From the human T2T-CHM13v2.0 reference genome, Homo sapiens: DNA of 64,000 nucleotides. The notes beneath the pieces were generated by a model that did no database searches, was not told the DNA's origin, and saw only the letters and a program-made list of their open reading frames with translations. Location: NCBI RefSeq assembly GCF_009914755.1, contig NC_060928.1; one strand, written 5' to 3'. Shown one piece after another: positions 46,730-61,545 of the stretch (position 1 is the first letter of the stretch; the number at the start of each line of letters is the position of its first letter). The translations under genes and the position numbers were made by a program.

Positions 46730-47890
46730 TCTATTGCCATATTTTAAAAAGAATTAAAAACATTATTGCTTAAAAACAATAGATATTTATTTGTTCATAA
46801 TTGTGTGGGTCAGCAATTTGGTCAGGTCTCAGATGGTATATCTCTTCGCTATTGTCAGTTGGACTCACTCATGCATTTGGAGTCACTTTTCAACTGGCAA
46901 GTTTTCGGCAGTTATAAAATGTTTCTGACTTGTCCCAGAACACCACGCTCAGATGCTTGGAGGTTGTCTGGAGAAATAGAGATGGCCGGACTATATATCT
47001 GTCGTCTGCCTACAAACTGATCACAGGCTTTCTTTTACAATAACTGTATTCACAAAACTTGAAGACAAGGAAAGACTCAGTGTACAAACACTTTTAGGCC
47101 TCTGTTTGGATAATGTTTGCTGATACACCTTTGGCTGTGGTAAATCACCAGAAATGGAGAAATAGATTCTACCTTTTCATAAGGAAGCTTACAAATTGTA
47201 TGGCTTTTTTCATGTTTAAATTTACAATAGTCCAATTTATTTACATTCCTCTTAGTTGCAAAATAATTCATCCTCCCCAAAGACTTCTCAAGAAATCTCA
47301 TCAAATTTCAATATCAGGCTCAATGATCAGTATCTGGTCTAAGATAGATGTATCTCTTATGATTCATCTCCTATCGATTTAGTGACTCGTAAACTAAAAG
47401 GATAAGTTACCTGACCTGAACATGGATACTCCCATTCCAAAAGAGAAGGAGTAGAAGGTCACATTACTCTGCAAACACAAAGTTTTTCATGATTAAAGAT
47501 GAATTCTGCTTCTTGTGAGTAATTCCTGAGTCTATTTTTCTTCATGGTACTTGGTTCCGCCCTCTGAGTCATTCTTCCTTTTAGAAAAAAAGTACCTAAG
47601 AAAATGCTCCACCTGATTTCTACTTCTAGAAAGTTAAAGGCACAAAAACATTTTCCAATTTGAACGAACTCACTTTTAGTAAAAGTGGTAGTGCTTTGAT
47701 TTTTACTACTTCCTTCAAAATTCTATATGTTTCCTATGAATTCACAAAGCTCTAACCATATTTGCTAATGCTGCCCTTGTTAAAGCAAGTCACGTGGTCA
47801 AATCCATTTTCAAAGGGTGGAAAAGTGGTTTCCATCTCTTAATGGAAGAAGTTACATGTTATGATGGCTTTTTCTTTTAACACTACCACA
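46730..47890 (-). mobile_element. MLT1 LTR/internal/LTR fragments
   Basis: 'cttaaaaacaatagatatttatttgttcataattgtgtgggtcagcaatttgg' and 'aaagcaagtcacgtggtc...ctaccaca'. Confidence 0.55.
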
Positions 47891-49539
47891 AAATTAAGGT
47901 TTAAACATTCAATAGGCAATATTCATTTTTATTTACCAAAAGTAATTAAAAAAATGAGAACTCTTTTTGTGAGATAAGCTCTTGATTCTTTGTAAATTGA
48001 CTTTTCCCCAAAGAAACTTGCTGTTAATTAGCATCTGGCATTAAATTCAGACTAATAAAGAAAAAAATAAATGTGGACTATGTAAAATATTTAGTAGACA
48101 TGAGACTCATAAAAGAAGAAATAATATTCAAAATCTTATTTACTGTAGTCTCTAAATAGTCTCAGAATAAGATGATGAAGCCCAGAATTATAAATTGAGC
48201 ATTAATACTAACCTCATATTGTGGGGTCTAAAATAAGGATATTATATACAATTGCAAACTAATCCAGATATCCTTACAGATCTTACCTCTAACATAATAA
48301 ATGACAGTTATTTATTGGGTGAATGAGAATTTTTGTCCCTAAAATCTATCTCCCAGTGTTAGTATTATATTAGATTTAATTTAGAATACTGAAATTTACT
48401 GCATGACATAGTGAGAAAGGATAGTGAAAATCTTTGTGAGCCAATAAATGCTTTCAAGTCCATTGTTCAGGGTCAGTATACTTTGTACAGTTTCTATAGA
48501 AACCATATTTCAATAACAAATATCTAAAATAAAATCACCTTGAAGCAAACTAAAAATACTCGACTTATTTCATTATAGGTTATAAGTTTTAGAACAACAA
48601 TTCAGTGAAACAAGCCCTATAGAATGCCTCTTTTTTTATAAGCTGTTAGTAAATCAGAATATAACAGCCAAATAGAAGATCTTAATAAATATCACAATTG
48701 CTGCTTTGTTCTATTTCCTCAAAGCTTTTTGTATTTTCCATATTTAGGCATGAGATGAAAGAGGAGGTGTGGTAGTTTATGGGAATGGAGGAGCAGCTGG
48801 ATAGAAAGATAGATTTACCTTTGGAAACTCATATGCAAGGGAAGAAATCTACATAATCATTTCAATGCAAATTATGACATCAATATACCAAATGTTACTG
48901 AGAACTCCATTAAAGCAAAGAAAACATGAACTTAACATCTACTTTTTTATTGCTAGACTCTGTTCTAGGTTCTAGGAATAAAGTTATCACAATAGTATTA
49001 TAAAAGTAAATGAGTAACCTATAAAAAATGAAAATAGGTGTATTTGTGCTTTACCTTGACAATGTTCTTTAAAAATAACCTGGTGTAAAACTGGGATTTT
49101 ATTGGGGAAAGAGTGATTTTAATATTGATGATGACAGAAGTTTAAATATATTGGCTTGTTTTAAAAAGTATTAGTTATTTAAAATCTTCTGTTAAAATAT
49201 ATGTCTATTATAATGGAAACATAAAAACTATTGTGACCATGAGGAATGGAAAGCTCTATTTCAACTTAAGGAATCTGTGAAGATAATTTTGAGGAGAAAC
49301 ATTTGTGTAAGACTTTTGGGTATGCAAAGGAAAAGAATGTGATAATTCACTAAGGGGATGGATTTCTTATGATTTTTATTTTCTTTCTCTACTATAGCTT
49401 TATGTTTTCAACCGACTTGAAATTGGGTTCATTTGTATCCACATAGCTAAACTAACAGTACAGAGAACTGAGACTATCTTTATCAATGTGATAATTATTT
49501 CTTTCATGAAATTATTCCTCAAGAAGATAAAGCTATAAA

Positions 49540-50155
49540 CCAATTAATAGCTTCACCATTTGTTTCAGGAAATTCTTTTAAATGAATCATCTGGACAAAG
49601 AGTTCCCTCATGTTGGCTATTAGTTGTATTCAATATAGAATACTCATTCACTTGGGCAAAGTTCTTGCTTATGAAACAAAAGAAACTCACCTAATTTTTT
49701 TCAACAATCTTATAAATTATCTTATGAAATTTTCTCAAATACAATCAGTCCCTACCTTGAAAAATCCACTTTAAACTACTTGATTCCAGATCCCAACCCC
49801 TATAAATATCCTTCTTTGAACTCCTTATTTTGTGACATAACTAAGATTCTATTAAGTTCATGATTTTTCCTCTTAGACTATGTTAATATATTGAGCTTTG
49901 CTTAACCAACAGTTTATTCTGGTGGTCTTCGAACGGAGTCAACTGCTGACAATTTTAGAGTGCTGACCAAAATTCAGTTGAGACACCTTTGCTACCGTGG
50001 TTCAAGACCCTTGACTCAGAAAGTCAACTACTCTGAAGCCCTGGAGCTTTTTACTAAGGACTCTTCATGACCATGTGATGCTCTCCCTTACAGAAGGACA
50101 TCTAATAAATATTTGCTTGATCATTGTTTTTCTGTTGTTTTGGTTGTTTTGACAG
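49540..50155 (+). mobile_element. ERV1 LTR (MER31/MER67-like) with short internal sequence and a second LTR 3' fragment
   Basis: TATA box 'ccctataaatatc'; LTR-like 3' end 'gctttgcttaaccaacagtttattctggtggtc...tgaca'; similar 3' end again at ~50080-50153. Confidence 0.45.
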
Positions 50156-51114
50156 CCAACAACCTAAGTAATTTGCTTATAGAGAATCTTACCATTCCAT
50201 ATCCCTAATTTGAGTTTCATTTTTGGCAGATATGATTCCCAGATTTTTTTTTCCATTGAGAAAAGTAAATATCACAATGAATAAATGTCCGTTCAAAGGT
50301 CACCCAATTATTAATGAACACAGATAAAGTTTGTATCAAGGTCCAGCTAAAGTTATCAAGACTAGTGGTACACACTGCTGGTTAAAATTTATGTAAGAGA
50401 ATTGTGCCTCCAGAAAAAATGGAATAGTTGCACTTTTCTCCTCTTGCCAAGTGTGCTAAAATCCTGAAAATTATATATAAAAGAAATCTATGGAGACGCT
50501 AAAGGATGAAGAGAAGAAAACAGAAAAGTTAAGGACCTTGGGACCCAAGAAACAACATAGGAATGAGTACCATGGGTTTGTGGTTTTCATTTTAATTTTT
50601 AATTTATTTTTAGTTTTTGTCTTCATTATGTCAGAGAAGGTGCTGAAGAAGCCAGACACCTGGAACTGTCAAGGAGTGTGAACAAAAATGCCTCAGTATA
50701 AATATGCTCTCTTTATCCATAGAACCAAGAAAGGAAAAGCCTAGCAAGATAGAAGTATTTTTAAATAACTGCTGTATTCTAGCTAAATGCCACAGAATAA
50801 AACTACAGCTTCAACTCCAACTCTGCTAGCATAGGTCAAGTGGGGAACTTTCACTGCACCCACACCAGGTTGTAACAAAGTACTGCAAACCCTCCATGTG
50901 GTGCCAAAGAAGGTTGAAGAGATAGCCATGACTTTCGTCTCCACCAGGCACCTGTGAGACCTCTTCTCCTTTTATGTTAGTAGAGGCTACATGAAGAGAA
51001 TAGACTTCTACACACATGTGGTAATAACAAGACACCTCACCCACTCTCTGCTGGGAGTCAGATGAGGCCTAGTGTAGAGACAGCACTTTTTTCATTGCCC
51101 GATGTTAAAGATGT

Positions 51115-51464
51115 TGATATCCTTTGGCTTTGTGCCCACCTAAACCTCACCTTGAATTGTAATAACCTCCATGTGTCAAGGGCAGGGCCAGGTGGAGATA
51201 ATTGAATCATGGGGGGCGGTTTCCCCTATACTGTTCTCCTGGTAGTGAATGAGTCTCATGAGATTTGTTGGTTTTATAAAGGGGTTCCCCTACACAAACT
51301 CTTGCCTACTGCCAGTAAGATGTGACTTTGCTCTTCATTCGTCTTCTGCCATGATTATGAGGCCTCACCAGCCATGTGGAACTGAGTCAATTAAACCTCT
51401 CTCCTTTACACATTATTCAATCTCAGGTATGTCTTTATTAGCAGCATGGGAACAGACTAATACA
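51115..51464 (+). mobile_element. THE1B/C solo LTR in the L1 5'UTR
   Basis: TGATAT...ACTAATACA; exact TSD gatgt (51110-51114, 51465-51469). Confidence 0.92.
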
Positions 51465-54211
51465 GATGTCATCCCTAACAGCAACAATATAGGCCATATC
51501 AAGATTAGGAACAAAATGCTACTGTTCCTCCCATATAAGCTGGTATAAGCAGGAGCCTCCTGGGGATCCTACACTCCCACCTAGGTCTAGCACTATTGAA
51601 GAGCCTCCAAACCTCTGATGTTAACAGAGGCCAAGTAAGGAATTTAACTATCATACTCACCTGGCAGTAATTTGGCAACACCTTTCTTCCCCCAGGGCAG
51701 TTGTATTGGAGGAGATCTGCTAAACAACAAGATTTAAATAATATCCAGTGTCTCATAACATTACATCCAAAATGCCCACATTTCAACTGAAAATCACCCA
51801 TCATACCAAAGACAGAGAAATCTCAAACTGAACAAGAGAAGATAATTATCACACCAAAAGCAAAATAACAAAGATGTTAGAATTTTCTGACAAGGATTTA
51901 AACCAGCCAGTGAAAATGCTTCAAAGAGCAATTACGAACACTCTTGAAACTAATATAAAATGAAAAATTTCAGCGAAGAAAGAAGAATAAAATGGAAAAT
52001 TTAGACTGAAAAATACAATAATAAAAATGAATTTCTTATGCTTAAGAGCAAAATGGAGAAATCAGAGAAAAATATTGGTGAACATAAATATAGGACACTA
52101 GATATTAAGTAATTTGAATATGAGAGATAAAATATACTGGAAACAAAGACTGTGGAACAATGACAAAAGATCTAACATTCATGTCATAAGAGTCCCATGA
52201 GGAGAGAATAAAAGGTAAGGCTGAAAAATATTGGAAGAAATAATGTCTGAAAAATTTCCAAATTTATTAAAACAAAAAACCTACAGATTTACAAAGCTGA
52301 GTAAACACAAAAACGTTTAAATACAGAAAAAAAATATGCAAGGGCATCTTGTAGTCAAACTTCTAAAGACAAAAGTATATATGTATTCCAAAAGAGGCAA
52401 GAGAGAAAAAAAAAACACTTTATAGAGTAAAACTATTTTAATGACAGAGTTTTTTTTTACTCAGAAACCATGGAGGTCAAAAGGAAATAACATCACATTT
52501 TTTAAATATTAAGAAAACTGTCAATACAGAATTCTATGTCCAGCAAAAATATCTTTCAGGAACAAAATGGAAATCAAGATACTCTTAGATGAAGGAAAGT
52601 TAAGAGAATTTGTCACCATCAGGCCTAACTTAAAAGAATAGCTAAAGGAAATTTTCAAAGCAGAAAGGAAATAATAAAAGAAGTCTTGAAATATTAAAAA
52701 AAAACAATTGAAAGAGTAAACATACAGGTAAATGAAACAGATGTTTCTTCTCCTGATAAGTCTTGTAAAAGTAGTTCAAAGGCCAAAGCATGAATTATAA
52801 CATTCATGTGATTTTCAATGTATAGAGATGAAATATTTAAGACAATTTTTATAGATGTGGGAAGATAACAAAATGGAAAGGGAGATAATTTTTCCCATAC
52901 TTCATGGGAACTGATATAAGTTATATATCTTATTTATAAAATACTGAACGTAAATAGGCAAATGGTAAAAAAATGTATACAAAAAGATACATTCAAAAAC
53001 AACATAGATAAATCAAAGTAGAAGTATAGAAATGTTTGAGAAACCCATATGAAGCTAGGAGAAAGAAAATATTGAAATAAAACTCAGAGAGGATAAAACA
53101 AAAACAAAAAAATTAAAATTGTAGACTTAAGCTATTTAAATAAATAATTAAGCCATAAATCGATACATTTAATGTTTAGAGTAGATCATGCCTACGTAGA
53201 AAAACTAAAAGAGAGAGATTGAAAAAATTGCCTATAAAATCATGAGCCATCTAAACATAGCTTATAAAATATTGACTTCAAATATAACATTAGTAGGTTG
53301 ACAGCACATGAATGCAAAAAGTTATACTATATAAACATAAATGAAAAAAGAAAAAATGACTATATTCATACCAAATAATGTATACTTTAGAACAAATAAC
53401 ATTTCCAGAAAATAAAAGGTTTTATGTAATGATAAAAGGTAAATTCACCAGAAAGAGATAGTAATTCCAAATATAGATAGACTAAACAAAAGTGCTACAA
53501 AATATATGAAACAAAAGTTAATAGAAATGTAAAATGATAAATAAAAAATGCAGAAATACAGATGATCTCCAAGACTATTTTTAAACAATTAATGAAAGAA
53601 CTAGACAGCAATTCAGCATAAATATGTACGACCTCAAAAACACCATCAATCAACAGTATCTTCTCAACATTTATAGAACACTCCATTCAAGAAAAGCAAA
53701 ATATACACTCTTCTCAATAGCTTATTGAATAAATACCAAGATAGACTACATCCTAGGCCATAAAGCAAATATTAACAAATTTAAAGTAATTGAAATCATA
53801 TTGAGTGTGTTCTCTGACCACAATGAATCAAACTGGAAACCAATGACAGAAAGATAACAGAAAAACATTTCAACAAATACAAACTAGACAGAACCTTTAA
53901 AACAACTGATGATCAAAGAGGAAGTCTGAGGAAAAGTAAGATAATATATTGTAATGAAAGGAAATAAAAATATATCAAAATATGTGTAATGCAGCTAAAA
54001 CAGTGCTGAGAGGGAAATTTAGAGAACTAAATAAATGTTATAATGCAAAAGAGGAAAAGTTTCAAAGTAATACTTTGAGGTTCTACATCAAGCACTTAAA
54101 AAAAAGAAAGACAAAATATACCCCGCAAGCAGAAGATAAAAGTATTTCTTCCTAATGTTAGGGATAAAGCACTCACACCATCACCATCAAGTATAATATA
54201 AAACGAAGTTG

Positions 54212-54380
<169 letters not shown>

Positions 54381-55688
54381 TTGAAAATAGAAAAATAATA
54401 GATAAATATTTTTAAAACTGGTTCTTTGAAAGATTAATAAAATGTATACATCTCTATCAAGACTGATAATAAGGTAAACAAGAATTACTAATATCAGAAA
54501 TGAAACAGACAAAATCACTACAGATTCTGCAGGTATGAAAACAATAATAAGGAAATACTACAAACTCTACATATACAACTTTGACAACAAAAATGAAAGG
54601 TACCAATTCAATGAAATATATCAACCAAGGTAACTTACTCAATATGAAATCGAAATTTGAATAGCCTTGTAACTATTAAGGAAGCTGAATGCATTATTTA
54701 AAACTCTCCCAACAAAAACATCTCCATAGTTTTATTAGAGAATTCCAGTAAAGATTTAAAGAAAAATGAACATCAATTCCATCCAATCTCTTCCAAAAAA
54801 ATAGAGGTGGAATAATTGTTTTCAATTTCATATAGTTAATATTAATTACTCTGATATCAAAACCAAAGATAGAACAAAAAAAATTAAAAGCCAATACACT
54901 TTATAAATATAGACACAAAAATCTTCAACAGAATATTAGCAAATAGAATACAACAGTATGCTTAATTATACACCATAATCAACTGGAGCTCATTCCAAGG
55001 ATTCAAGGCTAAATTCGTGTTTTAAAATTAGTAGTTTCCAACATCTTAATAGACTAGACAGGAAAAAAATACACATGATCATATCTGTTGCCACTTGAAA
55101 ATGTGTCAGACAAAACTCAATGATCATTCAAAATAAAACTATCAGAAAACTAGGATTAGAGAGGGACTTTTTAAACCTGATAAAAACACTGAAACACAAA
55201 ACAAAACAAAAACCAACCCTACAGCTAATAACACAGTTGATGGTAATAGTCTGAGTGCTTTACTTCTAACATTGAATGTAAGGTTAGAATGTCTGCTGTC
55301 ACAATAGCTATTCAATATAGTACTGAAAGTTGTAGCCAGCAAAAGAAGGCAAAAAAGGAAATAAATTACATATAGATGGGGGAGAGGATAAATTTGTCCC
55401 TATTTGCAGATGACATAGTTGTCTGCATGGAAACAGAAGATTCTCTTCCAGAGAATCTTCAGAGTAACTCTTTGAATTATAAAAGTGAGTTCATCAAGAG
55501 CACAGATATAAGATGAAGATAATAAACTAGCAATAAACATATGGAAACAAATTAAAAATATACTACAGTACAATAAAATACTAGAATTTACTCTAACTGT
55601 ATTTTTGTATCCGTTAACCAATTTCTCGAAATTCTCCCTCTCCTTTCCAGTCCCAGGCTCTAGTAAGCACCACTGCACTCTCTGTTCC

Positions 55689-56733
55689 TTTTTTCATAAC
55701 TGAGATTTTATTGGTTGTGTTGAGGCTCGGTACACAAACATTTCAATTTGTACATAATTCTTGGCACATATGATGAAAATCTAAAAAAGCCATGTACAGT
55801 AATTCTTTTTTAAAGTTATTCCAGTGACTTTCCAACTTAAAATTTTGAGGCAAATTTTCCTTGAGTGGCTATCAATGACTAGTATTTTCATATTTTCACC
55901 AGTTGATAAGCTGTTCCATACATCCCACCAACTTATAATTTAATAACATATGTACTATATACTCAAATTTTCAACCTTTCACCATACATTAACAAAATTA
56001 AGAAAACAGGACTACAATGACCCAAGTTGTTACAAAGTGCACACAATTCTGGCAGCGAAAGCCATAGTCAAGGAGTGGTTTTCTGTAGGAAACAATTCTA
56101 CTAAAAAACAACATGGAAATAGAGTTAATTTAAAATGTTCAAGACATTAAATGCAGGACTGTGACTCCACATCGCCATTTAGTATGCTTTGTATTATAGG
56201 ATATAAAAACAAACCCCCCACCTATGGAATAATAAGCTGACATCCAAGACAGTCAAATCTTCCCATAGTTCAATATCCCTCATTAGTTTCTGGTTCTATG
56301 AAAAAATTAATAACCAGTGAATGATTTCACCTCTTTTTTATTTTTATTTTTAAAAAGCATTCCCACTTAAAAAATGGGATGAGGTGGGATTCCCTCATTC
56401 TTAAAAATGTTTCCAAAGCTATTAAAAAACTTGCATTTACAAAATAATTGATAAAAATATTCCTCTTATTACCCAAGGGAGACAGGGACGACAGATAAGA
56501 CATAGTATATGATATTAGTCTGACTTGGCTTCTATCTCTCCAGCTTCATCAGAGGCTGGACTCTTCTCAGTTTCAGTTTCTCTGTTTTCTGCAGATAATT
56601 CTTGTTAGTTTACGTCTTTCACTACCCGTTCAGCTGAGCTGAACTTCAGGGAGAGGCAGATGGGTAAATGGGTGCAATCTGTACAAAGAAGTAGCCATGT
56701 GCCCCTCACCCTTCCAGCATGTGAGAACAATGC
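55689..56733 (-). pseudogene. HMGN1: HMGN1 (HMG-14) processed pseudogene: full 3'UTR, C-terminal codons, internal deletion, in-frame stop
   Basis: Minus-strand translation from 56646: KFSSAERVVKDVN*QELSAENRETETEKSPASDEAGEIEAKSD* versus HMGN1 KVSSAEGAAKEE...EDLPAENGETKTEESPASDEAGEKEAKSD*; stop at 56515-56517; AATAAA at 55707-55712 followed by short polyA; degenerate flanking duplication 55668-55688 / 56734-56755. Confidence 0.92.
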
Positions 56734-56918
56734 CATCATTGCACCCTCTACCTCCATGAGATCTACATTTTTAGCTCCCACATATGAGTGAGAACACGAA
56801 ATATTCGTCTTTCTCTGCCTGGTATAGTTCAGTTATTAGCATTATGACCTCCAGTTCCATCCATATTACTGCAAATGACAGAATTTGGTTTCATTTTATG
56901 GCTGAGTAACATTCTATT

Positions 56919-57114
56919 GTGTGTATATATATATGTGTATATATATATGTGTATATGTGTGTATATATATGTGTGTATATATATGTGTGTATATATATGT
57001 GTGTATATATATGTGTGTATATATATGTGTATATATATGTGTGTATATATATATGTGTATATATATGTGTGTATATATATATGTGTATATATATATATGT
57101 GTGTATATATATAT
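56919..57114. repeat. (TA)/(TG) compound microsatellite expanded inside the L1MA
   Basis: ~195 bp of gtgtatatatat-type units. Confidence 0.95.
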
Positions 57115-60100
57115 ACCAAAGTTTCTTTATACATTCATTTTTGATGGACATTTCGGTTTATTCTCTACCTTGGCTATTGTGAATAGCACTGCAATAAACA
57201 TGGGAATGCAGATGTCTCTTCACTACACTGACGTTCCTTTCTTTTGGGTATATACCCAGCAGTGATTTTGCTGGATCATATGGTAGTTCTATTTTCAGTT
57301 ATTTGAGGAATCTCCATATTATTTTCCATAAAGGCTGTACTACTTTACATGACCATCAAGAGTGTACTAACATTAGCCTTTCTTCACACCCTCGCCATCA
57401 TTTGTTATATTTTGTCTTTTGGTAATAGCCATATTAACTGGACTGAGATGATATTTATTGTGGTTTTGGTTTGTATTTCCCTAAGACTAGTGATAGTAAG
57501 CATATTCTCATACACCTTTTGGACATTTGTATGAATTCTATTGAGAAATGTATATTCAGATTTTTAACCCATTTCAATCAGATTTTTTTAAGTGAGTTGT
57601 TTGAGTTTCTATATATTTTGGTTATTAATCCATTTTTAGATGCTTAGTTTGCAAATATTGTCTTTTGTTATGTGTATGTCTCTTTACTTTATTAATTGCT
57701 TCCTTTGCTGTGCTGAAGCTTTTTATTTTGATGTAATCCCATTTGTCTATTTTTGTTTTTGTTGCCTATGCTTTTGAGGTCTTACCTCAAAAAATATTTG
57801 CTCAGACCAATGTATTATAATGTTTCCTGATGTTTTCTTTTAGGAATTTTATCTTTTCAGATCTTATATTTAAGCCTTTAATCAATTTAGAATTTTGTAA
57901 ATAGAGAAAGATAGAAATCTAGTTTTATTCTTCTGTATATGGATATCCAGTTTTTTCAGCACAATTTATTAAAGAGACTGTCCTTAACCCAAAATATGTT
58001 CTTGGTGCCTTTGATGAAAATGAGTTGGTTGTAAGTGCATGGATTCATTTCTAGGTTTTTTTTACTTTATTATTATTATTATTTGGTTTATGTGTCTGCA
58101 TTTATGCCAGTACCATGTTGTTTTGGTTAAAATAGCATTGTAATACAATTTAAAATCAGGTAGTATTATGTCTCCATCTTTCTTCTTTGTGGTTGTTGTT
58201 GTTTGTTTTGGTCAGGACTGCTTTAGCTATTTAGGGTCTTTTGTGGTTCCATGTGAATAAGTTAACAATCATTTACTGTATATTTAAAAAAACTAGAAGA
58301 GAAAAATGTTAATGATACCAACGCAAAGAAAAGATAAATGCTTGCAGTGATGGATAGCCCAGGTACCCTTATTTAATCATTAAATAATGTACACATGTAT
58401 CAAATTAGCACAGGTACCCCCAAAATATATACAACTATGATACATCAATTTTAAAACATATCCAAAAAAACAAAAAAATCATAAAAGTAGTCCATAGACA
58501 TAAATTTTAAATGTAAAACTATAAAAATTCTAGAAGAAAACATAGAAGGAAATCTATGTGACCTTGGGTTTCATTATAACACCCAACATGTAAAGCCAAT
58601 TCATATGCACACACAAATACAATAAAATACAATATACAGTAACTCAGAAAATGAAATACTGAAGTGCAAATCAAAAGTATTTTCAGATCATATATGCTAA
58701 AAACTACAAAATATTGATGAAAGAAATTTTAAATATCTGTATAAATGAAAAGATGTGATGTGTTCACGGACTGACAGAATCAACATATTAAAGATGTCAC
58801 TTTTTGCCAAATTGTTATATAGCATTAACACAATTTCTATCAAATTTTGAGCAAGATATTTTATGTAGTTGTAGACAAGATTATTCTAAACTTTATATGG
58901 AAAGGCAAAGGAACTAAAACAGTTAAAAACAATTTAGAAAATGAAACATAAAGTGGGAGAAATAACCCTACCAAATTTCAAGACTTACTAGACAGTAATC
59001 AAGACTTTTTGATTTGTAAGAGTAATAGGTACATAGATCAATGGAATCAAATAGAAAATTCAGAAACAGCCCCACACTCATATGGCCAACTGATTTTTAA
59101 CATAGCTATAAAATTAATTATTTTCAAAAAATGTATTTGGAGGAATTGGATATCCACATGCAAAAAAAAAAAAGGATAACTGTGAGCCAAATCATAGACA
59201 CTGTATAAAATTTACCTAAAAAGTTATTATAGATTTTAATATACAACTATGAAACTTTTAGAAAACAACATAGAAGGAAATATTTTCAGGACCTAGGGCG
59301 TGTAAGAATGTTCCTAAACATGACACTAAAAGCACCCTTTTTAAGAGAAAAATATAGATAAATTAACTTGATCAAAACTTTTAAAATTTTTTGTGCAAAA
59401 GACCCCATTAAAGGTGTGAAAAGAAAAGCAACAAACTGAGAGAAAACATTTTCAAACTGCACATCTGACAAAGGACTTATAGCTACAATATACGAAGAAT
59501 TCTCAAAACTCAAAGGTTAAAAAACAAAAATCCGATTAGAGAATGAATGAAAGTCTTGAGGGAACACATCACCAAAGAGTATCTATGGATGGTAAATAAG
59601 CATATGAAAAGATGTTCCACATCAGTGGTCATCCGGAAATGTAAATTAAGACTATGATTATTGGAAATAATTGTCAATTTCCTAAAAAAACTAATCATAG
59701 TCTTAATTAAAAGATATGAATAAATTGAAAGTTATATTATACTTTCCTTTTTACTTATCTTATGCCTATAGAATATCCATAAAGCTTAGCATATAGACTA
59801 TTTATATTCTCATTCTAATGTGCTACTTTATTTTTTCTCTGGAATCCTTGATGTAGTTGGCTTCCCTTTTTAATTGCTTCCAATCCATACTCCCTCTAAC
59901 CTTCTTAAATAGACTATGACCTAATAGTCCAATATCGAAGTCACTTAATATGCTAGTAATTGCCATTTTGTGAAAAATATACATCCAATTGAACCTATTT
60001 ATGTTTTGTATTTGTTTCAGATATTCCGTGTACCATTGCACTAACACATACCTTTTATTTTTCCTTTTCAGCATTTCTGAAATTAATGATAATGTGTTTG

Positions 60101-61399
60101 GTGATTAATTTAAGTTTTAAAACACCTTCTGGGTGTTTTATGCTTTTTATGAGTTTGGGGAGGAGGAATTAGCATGTGTGCTATACGGAAAATTTTTTAT
60201 TTCTTTATTCTCTCTCTCCCTTTTTAAAAAAATGTACTGCTACATCAAATTTATACTACATATTCCCATACTATAAAAATGCCTGCTTTCCAATCTATTT
60301 CATGTGCTGGTATTATAAGGTGCACCGAAGGGTATTTCCCTTCACTGCATCATTTTGATAATCACTTCTGCCTCAATGCATGAAGGGGTTCTTTTGTATA
60401 ATGGATGTTGGAATGTGTTGATAACTTTAACAGACAGTTGTTAAATTGAGCATACATTTAGACAGCAATTTGCACCGGCTATAACTACAATACCTAGTGT
60501 GCTACCAAAAGAACCTGGCATATTTCAGTAAGGGTGAACACTTGTAGTTCATCAGATATTAAATGACAAGATTGGTTTAACACATTCTATATATCTCATC
60601 TTGGTTGACATGCAACTATTTTACTTCTCCTAGAGTGCAAATCAAAATGACATCTATTACTGTGCTCACATTTCAGATAATCAAGGCCTACAATAATGGA
60701 ACAAATATTGTTAAATGTGCATTATTGCAGCATTCACTTTCATCTTCATCACCATCATTAAATTAGTTGAAAGCATGAGCGGGGAGCATGACATTCCACT
60801 AAGTGCTTCCTGCCTTTTAGGAAACTATACCACTGTCTCCAACACCAGAGAAGTAACAGCAATTAATCTGAGTTAACAACTCCCTCCATCAACAGCCATC
60901 TAATATGATTTGACAAATATGCTTATGGAAATTCTTAGGCACTGGAATAGAGTTTTGATGTGTATTTATGTTTCCTTTCTTATAAAAGGGTAACACCCCA
61001 AGATACAAACAGCAAAAATAAAGATCAGAGAGCTAAGAGTCATGGCTTGACAAATTTGCACTCCATTGCTCACTTGATAGTGGGCAGGCTGGAGTATTAA
61101 TACCAACCCCAACACCACCCACCATGTTTAAGGAAATCACTGATACTTCTCCCTATCAGAAATTGTTTTGTCTTTGCTATGTGCTACCTCATTGCTTAAT
61201 ACTGCTTTTCTCCTTTCTTCACTCAGTAAAAATCTATTCATTCTGTAAGTACTGACATCTGGGAAACAATAAGTAAGTTGAAAGCACAAATGTATTTTAC
61301 TTATTCTTACACTCCCAGTCCTTAAGAGGATAGCACATACAACATGGTTGTGCTGAATGTTTATTGAACAAATAATCAGAATCAGGCAAGCATAGACTT

Positions 61400-61545
61400 G
61401 AATTTTCGCTTCAACTTGACTGACTGTGTAAGATTGAACATTTTTGAGCCAAATTTTCCTAATCTGTAAAATCAAGAAAATAAAATTCGTCTCAAGGCCT
61501 TATAATTTTAAGAGATGTGTCCGTAATGTGCTTAGCACAGCCTAA
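61400..61545 (+). mobile_element. MIR
   Basis: 'ttttgagccaaattttcctaatctgtaaaat...tgtgcttagcacagcct'. Confidence 0.65.

Larger units (their letters stand above)
55562..58478 (+). mobile_element. L1MA (L1MA5-like) insertion with a large 5' inversion: antisense ~55562-58258, sense 3' end 58259-58478
   Basis: The antisense block ends where the sense block begins in the L1MA 3'UTR ('...aaaaatacagttagag...' then 'gttaacaat...aactagaagag'); A-rich tail. Confidence 0.8.

Noticed and set aside
56829-57265. YIHT/CVYI-repeat ORFs
   Set aside because: Translations of a TA/TG microsatellite; the same applies to the ORFs at 18188-18651 and 30149-30595
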